A stretch of DNA of 64,000 bases, taken from NCBI RefSeq assembly GCF_009914755.1, contig NC_060932.1; one strand, 5' to 3'. This DNA comes from the human T2T-CHM13v2.0 reference genome, Homo sapiens. Positions within the stretch are counted from its first letter, which is position 1; the number at the start of each line of letters is the position of its first letter. The notes under the pieces are model-generated. The model searched no databases. It was not told the origin of the DNA and saw only the letters and a list, made by a program, of their open reading frames with translations. This document shows, in pieces, positions 1 through 20,717 of the stretch. The translations under genes and the position numbers were made by a program.

Positions 1-560
1 ATCAGGTCACCTAAGTTCAATTTTAGCCTCTGCCATTAATCAACTCTGGGACATTGGACAAGTTACTTAGGAGTTTCAATCTCCTTATCTGTAAAATGGA
101 TGATTCCTAACTGATTGGAGTAGTTGTCACTTTTAAAATGACAAAATATATGTAAAGAGGATCCTAAAATGTCTGGAACAAAGGAGACATGAAATAAAAG
201 TTAAAACTTCAGAGATCAATATACACATATATTCAATGCAGCCATAATTGTTAAAACAGATTTGGACAACTTCAATATCCAACAATAATTTAAACTAGGA
301 TTCATTCATATTAAGAAATGCTATGCAGGCATAATACTAAGATAGAAGTGTATTACCTTCCTGGGTTCTTTGCCTACTGTGTGACTTTAGGCAAATGATT
401 TAATCATTTTGGGCCTCAATTTCCTCATATGAAAAATGTAAATAAAGGCAATACCTATTTCAAAGGGTCGTCATAAGGATTAAACAATATATAGTCCACA
501 CAAGATGCTTAAAATATTCCTAGGCACATAGCAGACACATGATAAACGCTAGCAATTATT
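1..560. mobile_element. MIR relics (~1-160, 350-560); many more MIRs across the window
   Basis: MIR core TGTGTGACTTTAGGCAAATGATTTAA...GGCCTCAATTTCCTCATATGAAAAATG. Confidence 0.75.
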
Positions 561-2115
561 ACATTATGATTCCATTTGTATGAAAGGAAAGAAAGCTAAT
601 TAGCTAATTTCTGGAAAGAGATATAAGAATCCGCTCACTAATTGTTTCTCTGGGGAGTGGAGATGAGAGGCAGGAGGGATAAGGGCTTTTCCTTTCACTT
701 TACCCATCCTGTGCCATTGGAAACAAACCAACCCCCAAGTTATTAGCTGTCTCTTGTTGGTGCTCTTTCTCACATAATGAAGAGTAGCTGAGCACTTTCT
801 TCTACTGCCGGGCAGGGTTGCTTCTCAGATATGTGGGTACAGCTGCTAAAAGATTTCCATAAAGGTTGGTAAATAAGCGAATCCTTGTCCTCCATGATTC
901 TGCAAGGTAAGGGTTAACTCCTTGCATGCTAGAAGCCTCTGAGATGCTGACTCGTAGTGACCCTGTTTGGTTTGTTCCCTGTTTCTGTAGTCCAGGTCAG
1001 TAAATATTTTGACTTTCAATCCTGGTGCCAGGCACTGACCTCAGAGCTGTACACCCATTGTATCTCACTGTAAACCATTCTTCAAGGCACTCATTCTTAT
1101 TTTCCAAATGGTGAAGCAGAGGTTACTTATTACTTCTTATGCCCAATAACACAGAGCTCATGCAAGAATTCTGTCTGGCCCTTAAGGCTATGTTTCCTTC
1201 TCTGTGTATCTTTGCTTTCATTAACTCACATTCCCTCTCTAAAAATGTTTATATGCTCTGCTTCAAAAAATTATTCTCGAAAAGGTTGTTTTTTGTTTTT
1301 TGTTTTTTTTACCAGGTTTGTATTTCTAACTTGTCTCAACTGGTTTAACAGTTTCAAGAGAAGAGCAGAGTTATCAACTGTGTGAATAATTAACAAGTTG
1401 AGTTTGATCTCTGGGCAAAAATTGACCATTGAACTAGATTATTTGCCCTTAACAAAAAGGCAAGGAAAATTTCTCTATATAGGCATTGTTCAATGCCTGT
1501 ATAGGCAAAGAAGCCAAGAAGACTTATTCTAAACTTGCTCTGTTCCTCCTACCACAGAGCAAGTCCCCCCTGCCCAAGGGTACAAGGCCTGAACCAGTCC
1601 TGGAAACAAGGACTCTGACTCCAGGGAGACTAGAAGTGGTTTTGGAAACTGTACAGCCTCAGGTTTAAGTCATTATTAGCTGTATGACCTTGGGCAAGGT
1701 TACCTAATTCCCTCCTTCATTTCCTTTGTCATTTGTAAATGGGGGTGACGGTGTTTATAGGCATTAAGCTAATATCCAGCAGGGATATTAACATTTTCCA
1801 GCACTCATCAACCAATCAAAAAGCTGTACATGGAACTGCAGCAGGGTACTGAGGCCTCAGCTCTGCAGGCATGTAGCATTTGGTTGTATTGTGGAGATAT
1901 CCACAGGCTTCCCACGGGAGAGGCCAAGTGGACAGAAATATGGGGGTGCTATGGTAATGAGAGGTGAGTTTCAGGGAAGCCACTCTTCACCAACTGGTGT
2001 GGAAGTGTTCCAATAGTCTAACAACTAGTACAGCTGTGCAAGTGATTGTAGGCTAGATATGGGTCCTTTGCAAGCGAGATTGCATTTCTAGGGGAATTTA
2101 CTCTGGGCTGGGTAC

Positions 2116-2468
2116 TGTACCTGTCTTAGACAGTTTGAACCACTATAAAAAATTGCTGCAGACTGGGTGGCTTACAAACAGAAATTTACTTCTCACAGTT
2201 CTGGAGGCTAGAAGTCTGAGATCAGGTTCTGGTGAGGACCCTTTTCTGGATTCCAGACTGCCACTTTCTAGTTGTATCTCCATGGGGTGGAAAGAGGGCA
2301 AGAAAGTTCTCTGGGTTCCTTTCTAAAGACACATAATCCTATTCATGAGCGCTCCACTCTCATGACCTAATTACCTCTTAAAGGTACCACCTCCAAAGAT
2401 GATCATATCTCAGAGGTTATGATTTCAACATGGAAGTTTTGGAGAAACAAAGCATTCAGTCCATCTCA
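2116..2468 (-). mobile_element. MLT1A-like MaLR LTR
   Basis: GACTGGGTGGCTTACAAACAGAAATTTACTTCTCACAGTTCTGGAGGCTAGAAGTC. Confidence 0.8.
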
Positions 2469-3245
2469 GTGGCTAAACTCTCTCACATGATTCCATGTAA
2501 TCATCACAAACATTTAATTAAGAAGATGTTACTTCAGGCCCACTTTTCAGATGAGGAAACTGCATCTTCAAAAGTTAGAATGGCTAGTAAGTGGGGAAAC
2601 AGTAACCCAAATCCAAGCTGAGTAGTGGGAAGGCCAAACTCTTACCTGCCATGGGAGAGAGAAGGAAATCCTGAGCAACGATGAAACATCAAAGTTGAGA
2701 ACTTCGCGGGGAAAGGATAAACATGGGTTCTGGGCTGTAGGACAATTACATGAGGAATTGAAAGGCTGCTAGGCATAGAGTCCTTGGACAAGGATAATAT
2801 TAAAAACACTTCTTCCATTTGCACTTTACAAAATGCTTACAAAAGATCAACCGGTGTAAAGGGTAGGCAGAAGTTCTTTGCACAATGCTTATTCATCCAA
2901 GTTTGAAATCATGCCCAAATAAAAAGTTCAAAAAAACCCAAAGCCCTTTACAAACAGGGGCCCAAGCTCTCTGTCATCCCTCAGTTGGGTTTTTTCAATG
3001 TCTTGTCCTCATCAACTCATTTTTCAGAGTAACAGAGGCCACTGAAGAAGATCTAAGTCTGGAAGTCTCATAGTCTTCCACTCCAACTCTCAGCAGCACT
3101 GTGGCAAGCTGAAGAGAAGCCTTTGGGGTTATGTGATTTGGGAAATGCTTGCAAATGAAATGCATGTAACTGCTAGAAATAACCATAATGCCACAGGAGG
3201 AGATTTGGTCCAGGAGTCAGATAACTGGGGATTCCATCCTAATGG

Positions 3246-3861
3246 TGAACCTGCCCCTATGAACTTCAAACAATTATTCAGGGAAAAAGAGAGGGGGAGA
3301 AATAAACATAAACCAAGTTTGCAGCATGGTCAGCATTAATCCTGAGGTCAGCTCATTCTCTGACCTGCTTCCTCATAGTTGTTCGGTGCCTACTTTCTTA
3401 AAATCATTAGACCCTGTTAGGAGATTATAGTTCCCTTATCTGCTCTATACATAGCAACTTGATTATGAAATGTTAAGTCTTCCCTTTGAGATACTCCTTC
3501 AGGTCCTGCAGACAGATGAATTTACTGACTCAGCTAGTCTGAAGAACCCCACTGATGCCAGCTGATCTGAAGGACTCCATGAGGAGCTGACTCACCAAAA
3601 AATGCAGTTTCCACATCCCGATGACTTCATCCCCTTGCCTTGATTAATGAACAACTCCAATTTTCCAGCCCTTCAACCTCCACAATCCCCTTAAAAACCT
3701 TAACCCAGAGCTCCTTGGGGCGATAGATACTTGAGGTTCTCTTCTCATCAACTTGCTCACCACCCGTGATTATTAAACTTTCTCTGCTACAAACCCTGCT
3801 GTCTCAGTGTAATGGCTCTGTTACTGCCCAGTGGGCATATAAGCCTGTTCGTCCTATAACA
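3246..3861 (+). mobile_element. ERV1 solo LTR (LTR26-like) inserted in a MIR
   Basis: TG...CA ends (TGAACC...CCTATAACA), ATTAAA at ~3772, and a 4 bp TSD ATGG/GTGG. MIR sequence resumes on both sides. Confidence 0.75.
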
Positions 3862-5002
3862 GTGGGTCCATTTCACTGCCCAGTGATCATACACAAGCTA
3901 TACTTCCTCTGTAAAATGGGAATCACAGTGGCAACCTCCAAGGTTATGCTGATGATTAAATGAAATAGCATTTGTAAGGTTCTAAGCACGGGACCTGGCA
4001 TTCAGGATATGCTCAATAAACATTTTATTTCCCCTTTCCTGAGGCTCAATTTCCACACTTATTCAAGGAGGAGAGTAATAATACCTTAAAGAGAGGGCAC
4101 AAAGGTCAAATGCCATAACCTGTGAAATGTGATTAGGAAATGCATCATTTTACGAATGAGTGTTGCCTTTACTGCTGGACATGACAAAGAAGGCCCAAAC
4201 CTACTCTCACCCCTAACCACATCCCACAATTGAATGTGTCATACTGCCTTTATTACTCTCAAGTAACTTTTGGCTCTTTAACCCAATCTTTGCAACAAGC
4301 ACACAACTAGTGAAGCGGTACTTATACTTCTGAACAGAGTTGATATTTCCCAATATGTCTAACCCAGAGCTGTGGATCCATCAAATGTTTGGTGAACATT
4401 TGTGGTTGAGATCACCCCTTGTATTCATTCTTGAACTTCCTCAACTTTCCCTTCTCTGCAACATCAACTTATCCTCCACCAAGTTAACTTCTTCACTATC
4501 ATTTACTTTCTGAAGTCAAAAATCATTCTTGACTCTTTAATTTCCTTCACTCTGGGCCCCTTACCCTGAATCATAATCCATCTGGAAGTCTACCTAGAGA
4601 ACATATCTCAAATCTGTCTACTTTATTTACCTATTATCCTAGTCCTAGATATCATGTTCTATCCTAGAGCTACTTGAAAAGTCCTTCATTTCCACTCTTA
4701 CACCTCTTATTTCCCTGCAAATCCATTCTACACACAAAAGCTAAGGTGACCTCCAAAAATCACAATCAGATCAAATTGCGCCCCTGCTTAAAACCTTTCA
4801 ATGATTTCTCATTTCATTCCAAATAAAATTCAAACTTTACCGTGGAACCCAATGACCTATATGATACATCCCCCAATTACGTTCACTCACCAACAAATGT
4901 GTATTGAGTATGTGACAAGTGTTGGAGACTTAGAAACAAATTTTGAAAACAGGTGGAAATCCCTGTTTTCATGGAGGTAACATTTCTGTGCAGTGTTTTC
5001 TT

Positions 5003-5333
5003 ACTTTTTCTTTTTTTTTTCTTTTCTTTTTTTTTCTTTTTTTGACAGAATCTCTCTCCGTCACCCAGGCTGGAGTACAGTGGCTTGATCTTGGCTCACT
5101 GCAACTTCCACCTCCTTGGTTCAAGTGATCCTCCTGCCTCAGCCTCCTGAGTAGCTGGGATTACAGGCATGCACCACCATGCCTGCCTGGCTAATTTTTG
5201 TATTTTTAGTAGAGACGGGGTTTCACCATGTTGGCCAGGCTGGTCTCAAACTCCTGACCTCAAGTGATACACCCGCCTCAGTCTCAGTCTCCCAAAGTGC
5301 TGGGATTACAGGCATAAGCCACCGTGCCTGGCC
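5003..5333 (-). mobile_element. Alu (S-type)
   Basis: Full antisense dimer with T tail. Confidence 0.95.
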
Positions 5334-5555
5334 TTCTTCTACCTTTTTAACCTCAACCCACAGAAATACATTTTACATCCCGTCCCTATACCTACTAGAA
5401 GTATTTGTAAAGGAAACAATAACAAAAATCATTAAAAAGAAACTTACCCTTACTGTTAATACATATAATAAAGTAAAAACATAACAAAAGTTTAACCCAG
5501 TAGAATCCTTGCTAAAGATATGTGTACTTCACTCTAATATTTTCTTATCCAATTT

Positions 5556-5560
<5 letters not shown>

Positions 5561-5596
<36 letters not shown>
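5561..5596. repeat. (AC)18 microsatellite
   Basis: Read directly. Confidence 0.98.
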
Positions 5597-5598
<2 letters not shown>

Positions 5599-5839
5599 TC
5601 TGCTTACAACAATCTAAGTTGATTTCTTGACTCCAAAAAGTAACCTCCACTGTGAAAAACACTGTTCTACCCCAGGCCTCCTGCTGTAGATTTTGTGACC
5701 ACAAGACAGTCATCTAAGTTTTGCCAGCTATCAAATAGTGAGAAGCCTTCACAATTAGGTGAGTTAATTCATTGGAATGCACATTGACACTTGGCATGCG
5801 GAAGAATCTCACCACATGCCCATCTTTTCTTGTGCCATT

Positions 5840-6152
5840 CTTTGTTTTGTTTCGTTTTGTTTTGGAGACAGGGTCTTGCTCTGTCACCCAGGCTGGAGTG
5901 CAGTGGCATGATCTTGGCTCACTGGAACTTCCGCCTCCCAGGTTCAAGTGATTCTCCTGCCTCAGCTTCCTGAGTAGCTGGGATTACAGGCACCCACGAC
6001 GATGTCTGATTAATTTTTGTATTTTTATTAGAGACAGGGTCTTGCCATGTTGGCCAGGCTGGTCTCGAGCTCCTGACCTCAGGTGATCTGCCCACCTCAG
6101 TCTCAGTCTCCTAAAGTGCTGGGATTACAGGCGCGAGTCACCGCGCCTGGAC
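5840..6152 (-). mobile_element. Alu (S-type)
   Basis: Full antisense dimer; TSD TGCCATTCTT. Confidence 0.95.
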
Positions 6153-6573
6153 TTGCCATTCTTCTAGTACCCACTTCATTTCTGGTCCTCGAACACACCA
6201 CCTTCATCTTCTTGGTGCTCTTTCTCCCAGAACTTCACCTTCCTACCCCTTCTCGTCATGTAAGTCTTAGCTCAGATGTCATTTCCATGAAGAAGGCTAC
6301 CACCCCGAGTAACTAGTGACATTTTAAATCCCTGCTTTAATTATCTTTAATTACCTGTTTAACAAGTTTCTAGTATTTTCTTGTTGATTCGTTTTCTGCT
6401 GCCTCACTAGAATAGGTAGATAGCTCTTATGAAAATGGGGTCTTTGCTTGTCCTTTTCACAACACTGACACCAGCACTTAAAATAGTGCCTGACAAAAAG
6501 TAGTTGTTCAAGAAATACTTGCTGATGTATTTCCTTTTCCTTGCCTGAAAATAATAACAACAATAATAAAGAT

Positions 6574-7207
<634 letters not shown>

Positions 7208-7339
7208 CTACACCCTCACTAGAGTCAACTAGCAGGCAGATGTAATCATGTTGAAATATTTTTCCCTAAAGAAAACAGGGGATTTGGAGTTAAAATTTCT
7301 GAACTTCAGGACTAGCTCCTCATTTATTAGTTCCCTAAC

Positions 7340-7727
7340 TGTGGTGGGCTCAGTTGCATTCCCCAAAATTTATACATGGAAATCTTAACCCCTAGTATTT
7401 CAGAATGTGACTGTATTTGGAGATAAGGCCTTTAGATAAGTAATTAAGGTTAAATAAGGTCATTAGGGTGGGCATTAATCCAATATAACTGGTGTCCTTA
7501 GGAGAAGACAGAATTTGGGCAAAGATATACAGAGGGAAGGCCACGTGAAGGCATAGAGAGAAGGTGAACATTTACAAGCCAAGGAGAGAGACCTCAGAAG
7601 AACCCAACTCTGCCAATACCTTGATCTTGGATTTCCCAGCCTCCAGAACTGTGAGAAAATAAATTTCTGTTATTTAAGCCCTGTAGTCTGTGGTACTTTA
7701 TTATGACAGCCCTAGCACACTAATGCA
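7340..7727 (+). mobile_element. MLT1B/C-like MaLR LTR
   Basis: TG...CA ends; contains CAGAATGTGACTGTATTTGGAGAT and CCTCCAGAACTGTGAGAAAATAAATTTCTG. Confidence 0.85.
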
Positions 7728-7846
7728 CTAGGCTTGGGTGAATCATGAAGCATCTCTCTCTGTTTTTCACTTGCAACATGAGGACAGTGCTTCGCTCAGG
7801 AGCTAATTTACGTAAAAGCACCAGCACAAATCCAGGCATACAATAG

Positions 7847-8666
<820 letters not shown>

Positions 8667-9271
8667 TCATAAACTCATAAGGGGAAGAATTATCACTGAT
8701 ATTATTTTCCTGAAGTAACTACAGTCACAGTCCAAACCCCCAGGCTTCCAAGATGGAAGAAAGTTCAGTCTTAATATTTCTTGACTTTCTATCCTATACT
8801 CTGAACTACGGTTTTGGGGAGGTCTGTATATCAGTCACTTTCAGGTCTTGCAGCCCTGCAATTTCTCATCTACTGCTTAGGGGACTTAGGGATCTTTGGC
8901 AAGGTAGGGTGCCATATACCTAGGCTCTGATCTCCTGGGTCCCCATGAAGCCACTCATCTATGTCATTGCTACGTCCCCAGTGGCCTGCCAAGAAGCCCT
9001 AGTGTAGGTCATACGACCTCTATATTCTTGGGTTCTCTCTGTCCCCAGCCACAGAGAACTTCATCTCTTCTCCCAGCTTGAGCTTCTCGGGGCTGCTCCT
9101 CACCCTGGATAGCTCCAGAGCCCTCTGGTGGGTTTAGACTCCTTCAGAAAAGAACAGTTGACAACAGATTTTCACCAACTGACAGCATCGCTTTGGAAAA
9201 ACGTTTACTTTTAAGGCCCATAATATCCTTAGCCTTTTCTCCTACCTCTGTATGCCATCCCCTACCCATGC

Positions 9272-9629
9272 TGATATGCTTTAGCTTTGTGTCCCTACCC
9301 AAACCTCATCTTGAATTATAACCCCCAGGTGTTAAGGGGAGGGACCAGGTGGGAGGTAATTGAATCATGGAGGCAGTTTCCCCCGTGCTATTGTCGTGAT
9401 AGTGAGCGAGTTCTCACGAGATCTGATGGTTTTATAAGTGTCGGGCATTTCCCCTGCTGGCTCTCATTCTTTCTCCTGCAGCCCTGTGAAGAGGTGCCTT
9501 CTGCCATGATTGTAAGTTTCCTGAGACCTCCCCAGTCATGTGGAACTGTGAGTCAATTAAACCCATTTTCATTACAAAATACCCAGTCTCAGGTATTTTT
9601 TCATAGCAGTGTTAGAAAAGACTAATACA
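9272..9629 (+). mobile_element. THE1/MSTA MaLR solo LTR
   Basis: TGATATG...ACTAATACA with a 5 bp TSD CATGC/CCTGC. Confidence 0.88.
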
Positions 9630-9644
9630 CCTGCCATGAGTTTT

Positions 9645-9959
9645 TAAATTTTTATTTACTTATTTATTTATGTTGAGACAGGGTCTCACTCTGTTGCACA
9701 GGCTGGAGTGAAGTGGCACGATCACAGCTCACTGCAGCCTCAACCTCCCAGACTAAGGTGATTCTCCCACCTCAGCCTCCTGAGTAGCTGGGACTACAGG
9801 TGTACGCCACTATACCCAGCTAATTTTTATACTTTTTTTTTGTAGAGACGGTGTTTCATCACGTTGCCCAGGCTGGTCTTTGAACTGAGTTTAAGCAATT
9901 CACCCACCTTGTCTTCCCAAAGTGTCTGGGACTACAGGCATGGGCTACCATGCCTGGCC
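9645..9959 (-). mobile_element. AluJ-like
   Basis: ATCACAGCTCACTGCAGCCTCAACCTCC diagnostic segment. Confidence 0.92.
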
Positions 9960-10103
9960 CAGATTTTGTAATTTCTTAAGTACTCTGAGAACCCTGATGC
10001 AATCATTGTCTCTTAGTTGACTATTTCAGTCATTTGCAAGTAAATTGGAAATGATGGAACATCCAAAACAGTTGCCAAATCCTTACGATGAAACTCTCAA
10101 CAT

Positions 10104-10236
10104 TAGAGTTAGCAGATTTAGCTATTGAAAATACAAGATGCAATATTTGGGACATACTTGTACTAAAAAAATGTATTCATTGCTTATGTGAAATTCAAAT
10201 TTTACTGGATGTCCTGTATTTTATCTGGCAACTCTA
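10104..10236. mobile_element. hAT-type DNA transposon fossil (MER33/MER53-like)
   Basis: Inverted termini TAGAGTTAGCAGAT...ATCTGGCAACTCTA. Confidence 0.65.
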
Positions 10237-10264
10237 ATTTAACTCATAAGGAAATCTCTTGGGG

Positions 10265-10450
10265 CAGTGCTTCTCACACTCCAGCTGCATTGGGATCACC
10301 TGGAGGGCTTCTTAAATCAGGTGGCTGGGCCCTGCCCCTAGAATTTGTGATTCAGTAGGGCTGAAGGGGGCCTGAGATTTGCTTTCCTAACAAATTCTCA
10401 GATGATGTTGCTATTGCTGGCACGGGAGCCACACTTTGAGAACAATTGTC
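10265..10450. mobile_element. MER5A
   Basis: CAGTGCTTCTCACACT...GGATCACCTGGAGGGCTT...CACACTTTGAGAACAATTG. Confidence 0.85.
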
Positions 10451-10849
10451 TTAGGAAACAGTCAAGGAATCAATTTCATATGTGCTTAGCAAATTTCATG
10501 ACCTCTCTGTGCTTCCATGACCTTAACTGTAAGATGGAGAGATTAATAATAAATACCTCAACCTACTTCTTAGGGTTCGCTGCAGGATTAAATGAGTTTA
10601 CATATAGAAACTGCTTACAATAGGGCCTAGCACTTTCCTGTGCTATATAAGTGTAAACTTGTTATCATCAATATCATTATTATTCCCTCCTGCCTTCAAA
10701 TTAAAAAGCTGAAAAAACTCTGCTTTTCATTGATCTTAATAATGACCATCCAGAGTTGTCAAAAACATGCTAAAATGATGCAAAGAAGTTTAAGAAAACA
10801 GGCAGCATTACATATTAAAAAATACTTAATGAAAAATGGTAAAAGATAA

Positions 10850-11490
<641 letters not shown>

Positions 11491-11494
11491 GCAG

Positions 11495-11710
11495 TCAGTT
11501 CTCTCATCCTCCTGCCTCCCTCTGGTAAAGAGGCTTGAGATTACATTTGGTGCTCCCGCATAATTTAGGCTAATCTTTCCATCTCAAGATCCTTAACTCA
11601 ATCATACAAGCAAAGTCGCTTTTGCCATGAAAGGTGACATATTCACAGGTTCTGGGGATTCAAATGTGGATATCTTTTGGCAGAGGGGACAGTATTCTGC
11701 CTACCAAATC
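11495..11710 (-). mobile_element. MLT1 LTR fragment
   Basis: CATCTCAAGATCCTTAACTCAATCA...ATTCACAGGTTCTGGGGATT. Confidence 0.65.
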
Positions 11711-12367
11711 ATCTCACCACAGGATTGGAAAAGCTGGCCTTGGAATCTCAGTCTTATCATTTAGCAGCTGTGCCACCCTGCTTACCTAACCTCCTCAGCA
11801 GCACCCTTAAAATGGCCATAAATGCGGCCTTGCTGGGCCATAGTGAGAATGATGATAACGAGTCGCAGGAGCTGGGCCCAAGAGAGCCCTCAGTGTGAAC
11901 AGTCAGCATTATTATTATGATCTTAAGACCTCTAGTTTTTCCAACAGGAGTACTATAAGGTTTAGACTTAAGTGAAATTGCTGGGTGAAATGCTAAGTTC
12001 TATTCAGATGTTGGTTATGATATTTTCTCAAAACAATCAACCTACACGTTTCCTTTATTTTTCATTTCATTCCAGGTCATTTGGGGATGAAGAGGTGGGT
12101 AAGGCTAGCCAAGCAGTCTTCCCTGCAGTCCCTACTCTTAGCATCATACGTAACTGTGTCTGGAAATAGAACATGCACTGTCACTTTTTGATATCTTATT
12201 TTAAAAGGCAAAACTAGGAAGCTCCTGATGAAAAACCAATGTGAGAAAATGTTCTATGATCAAAATTAGCAGGGTATATGAATGTGCTGAGCTATGTAAC
12301 AACATCTCAGAGCGTAAAAAACAAGCATCTCTTTATTCATTCAGAAGTATTTATTGAGCACTTACTA

Positions 12368-12781
<414 letters not shown>

Positions 12782-13194
12782 TCAGAGTGAATCCAGCAAC
12801 TAAGTGCTTGGGACTGAATTCAAATGTCTGCCATAGAAGAAAACTGGTGACTCACTGATTTGAATTTTTGAATTTTTGGCAGAATAAATGAGTCTCGTTC
12901 AGGTTGTAAAAAATAAAATACTAATAGAAACTTAATATATTATTTTTTGCTTATGAGTAGGCAAATATTTTCAAACAATTGAGTATGTTATTAGCATTAT
13001 TGAAAATTGGCACCATCTTTTATAGAGGGCCATACGGTTGTTCCTATCAAAATTTGACGCTGGGTGCAGTGTGGCTCACGCCTGTAATCCCAGCACTTTG
13101 GGAGGCTGAGGAAACGGGTCACCTGGGGTCAGGAGTTTGAAACAAGCCTGGTCAACATGGCAAAACCCCGTCTCTATTAAAAATACAAAAATTA

Positions 13195-13474
<280 letters not shown>

Positions 13475-13813
13475 TCATTTGTAATTAGGAAAAGTTGGAG
13501 ATGGCTTACATGGGCATTAATGAGACAATGGTTAAATAAGAAACAGAAGCTGCTTTCCTATAATAGCCAGCTGTTAAAAATGTTCCAGACACTTTATGTA
13601 CTAAAATAAAAGTCCTGATTTATTGACGAGGTTTTTTAAAAAACATGGCAGAGAAATATGGGTAGCAAGATGTAATTTGAGAAAAAAGAAAAAAAACCTG
13701 GGTGCAGTGGCTCATGCCTGTAATCCCAACGCTTTGGGAGGCTAAGGCAGAGGGATCTCTTGAGGCCAGGAATTTGACACCAAACTAGGCAACATAGTGA
13801 GACTCTAACTCTA

Positions 13814-14095
<282 letters not shown>

Positions 14096-14744
14096 CTAAT
14101 TGGCTGAGTCTATATCAGCAATATGAAAAAAGGGAGTTACTAATCAATTTCTAGTATTGTCTCCCACGTTCCACTCCCTATCCCACTCCAGTTGTCACAC
14201 ACGTGCAAGGACAGATATGTGTGTTTCACCATTAAAATAAAGGGCTGATAAGATGGGAGCAGGATTATGTTGGAATCTTTCTCTGATAAGACATGCCCTG
14301 CCTGCTTAACCTTCCCCAAGAAGTCTATTGCTTACCCCTCCCTCTTCCAAGAGGTGGGTGGTTGGGGTGGGGGAAAGGTTAGCTGACCCCACTCAGTGGC
14401 GCCCTAGGCCTGGGGCTTTCCCGAACCTTATCATCACACTCTATCACAGGCATTGCATCTACTATCAGCCTGTCTGTCTTCCTGCCAGGGAATGTGGGCA
14501 GACACCTGAACCACGTGGTATTCCTGTTTTCAGACCCAGTGGTAGAACAATGCTTGGTGGGCTTTCATAAACACTTAAGGAATGAACAGACATGGCTGTA
14601 GCCAGGAACGTCATTTGGCTTGGCGAAAGCAGCAGAGGGGCCTGCCGACAAGTGTCTCTAAGGCCAGATAAGAGCAGCTGAAAATAGTCCAACTCTCAGC
14701 CCTGGCGGAGGAGGAAGGAGAAATAGTTGCACGAAAAGTTATTT

Positions 14745-14980
14745 TCCTGGATACTGTAATAGTGGATTTGTCAAAAACCACAGAATGTACAACACAAACA
14801 GTGAACCCTAATGTAAACTATGAACTTTGGTGGATAAAGACCGGACAATGTCAGCGTATTGATTGTAATAATTGTACCACACGGATGCCTAATGTTAATG
14901 GGGTAGTAGTTGTGGGGAGAGGGGGAGGAGGGTCATGTGGGACCTCTCTGGGAACCTAAAACTGCTCTAAAAAATAGTGT
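14745..14980 (+). mobile_element. L1M 3' end fragment
   Basis: GTGAACCCTAATGTAAACTATGAACTTTG...GAACCTAAAACTGCTCTAAAAAATA. Confidence 0.7.
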
Positions 14981-15082
14981 CTTGGCTGAGCATGGTGGCT
15001 GACGCCCGTAATCCCAGCACTTTGAGAGGCTGAGGCAGGGGGATCACTTGAGGGCAGGAGTTTTAGACCAGCCTGTCCATCA

Positions 15083-15284
<202 letters not shown>

Positions 15285-15769
15285 TTAATTTTTTAAAAAG
15301 TACCAAAATAAATGTCAGCACAAAAAGCTATCACCATTTTGATGTTTTATGGCTTTATGGACAACTCTGCTATTTCTGAACTATGAGAAGAAACAGATCC
15401 TCTCAGAATACATCAGAATAAAGTGTGCATATCCACTGAGATACACAAGCATTCTCTCCACGGGGTGTGATGTGTTGCCTAAGAGTAGAGTCAGATGGTA
15501 AAGAGAAATATACTCTGAGATGGAAAACAAAACACAACAAATCATGAATGAAGCAAAATTTCAAACAAATGAAAACCCCTGAACATGCTTTCTAAAATAA
15601 ACGAGACATGGATTAATTTGCTTTTTCCCTAGCCACTGCTTAGGTTTGGTTTATAATATTAAACATAATGTCAAAATTTGCCAGTTCAAAAAAAAATTTT
15701 GGGGATAGTGCCAACTTTTCACAACAAAAGCACTTCCTGAAATTCAGTCAATTATTATCATTATTAACC

Positions 15770-19925
<4,156 letters not shown>

Positions 19926-20717
19926 AGGATTGGCTTTATCTTTGGATGTTAGGCACAAGGAATTGAAGAGCCTCCAGGTTAATTGTTTAGTGAATATTAG
20001 TTATATTCGTTACTTCCTTTTCTCCATCATTTGTATCTTCATGCATTTGGTCTACCCGATTTCTCCACATGCCCAATACGTTTTCAAACTCTAAACTTTC
20101 TCATATCTGTTTTGAGTATCTACCAACCATCCATACTTTACAGGTCCACCTTTTATTATAATCTGTCCTGTATGTACGAGTGAAATTGATTTCCCCTTAG
20201 AAATAGGCTCAAGGGCAGGACTATTTCTCAAGGTTCTTGTTTTTCGACCTCTTTATTTCTAGTTCCCAGGCTAGGGCTCAGCATCTTCTAGCCCTTCATA
20301 GACAGTACCTTACTGCAATTGCAAATGCAGACACTAGCCATTCTTGCATCTACTCTGCAGATAAAATTGCTATTTGTTTAATGAGTAGTTTCCCCAGAAA
20401 ACTCAGTAAAAGGAAATAACGCTTTTCTGCACATATCCTGGGCCTGTTCATTTCGGAAGTCGCAAACATGTCATTTTCCTACATTAAGCGAGCTCAGTCC
20501 ACATAGGAGAAATAGGAACCACAGCCTCCGTCAAAATCACCCAAGAATAAATGCACATTGTGTACTAAGTACCCCTTCCCCTGCTTTCTCATCAATGAGA
20601 GCTGAGAGCCATGATACATTAGACTTCTGCTTTAGGGATAAATGGCCTCATTGCTGCTTGGGCTCCCTATAACCTTCATTCAACTTTCTTCCTATTAAAA
20701 ATTATCACAGGAGACTG

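Larger units (their letters stand above)
4480..6530. mobile_element. L2 relics interleaved with Alus; other L2 pieces at ~12330, 19480, 31140-31600, 34500-35390, 52700-52990 and 60130-60530
   Basis: CCCCTGCTTAAAACCTTTCAATG and TAGTGCCTGACA...TAGTTGTTCAAGAAATACTTGCTGA are L2 3'-end motifs. Confidence 0.65.
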
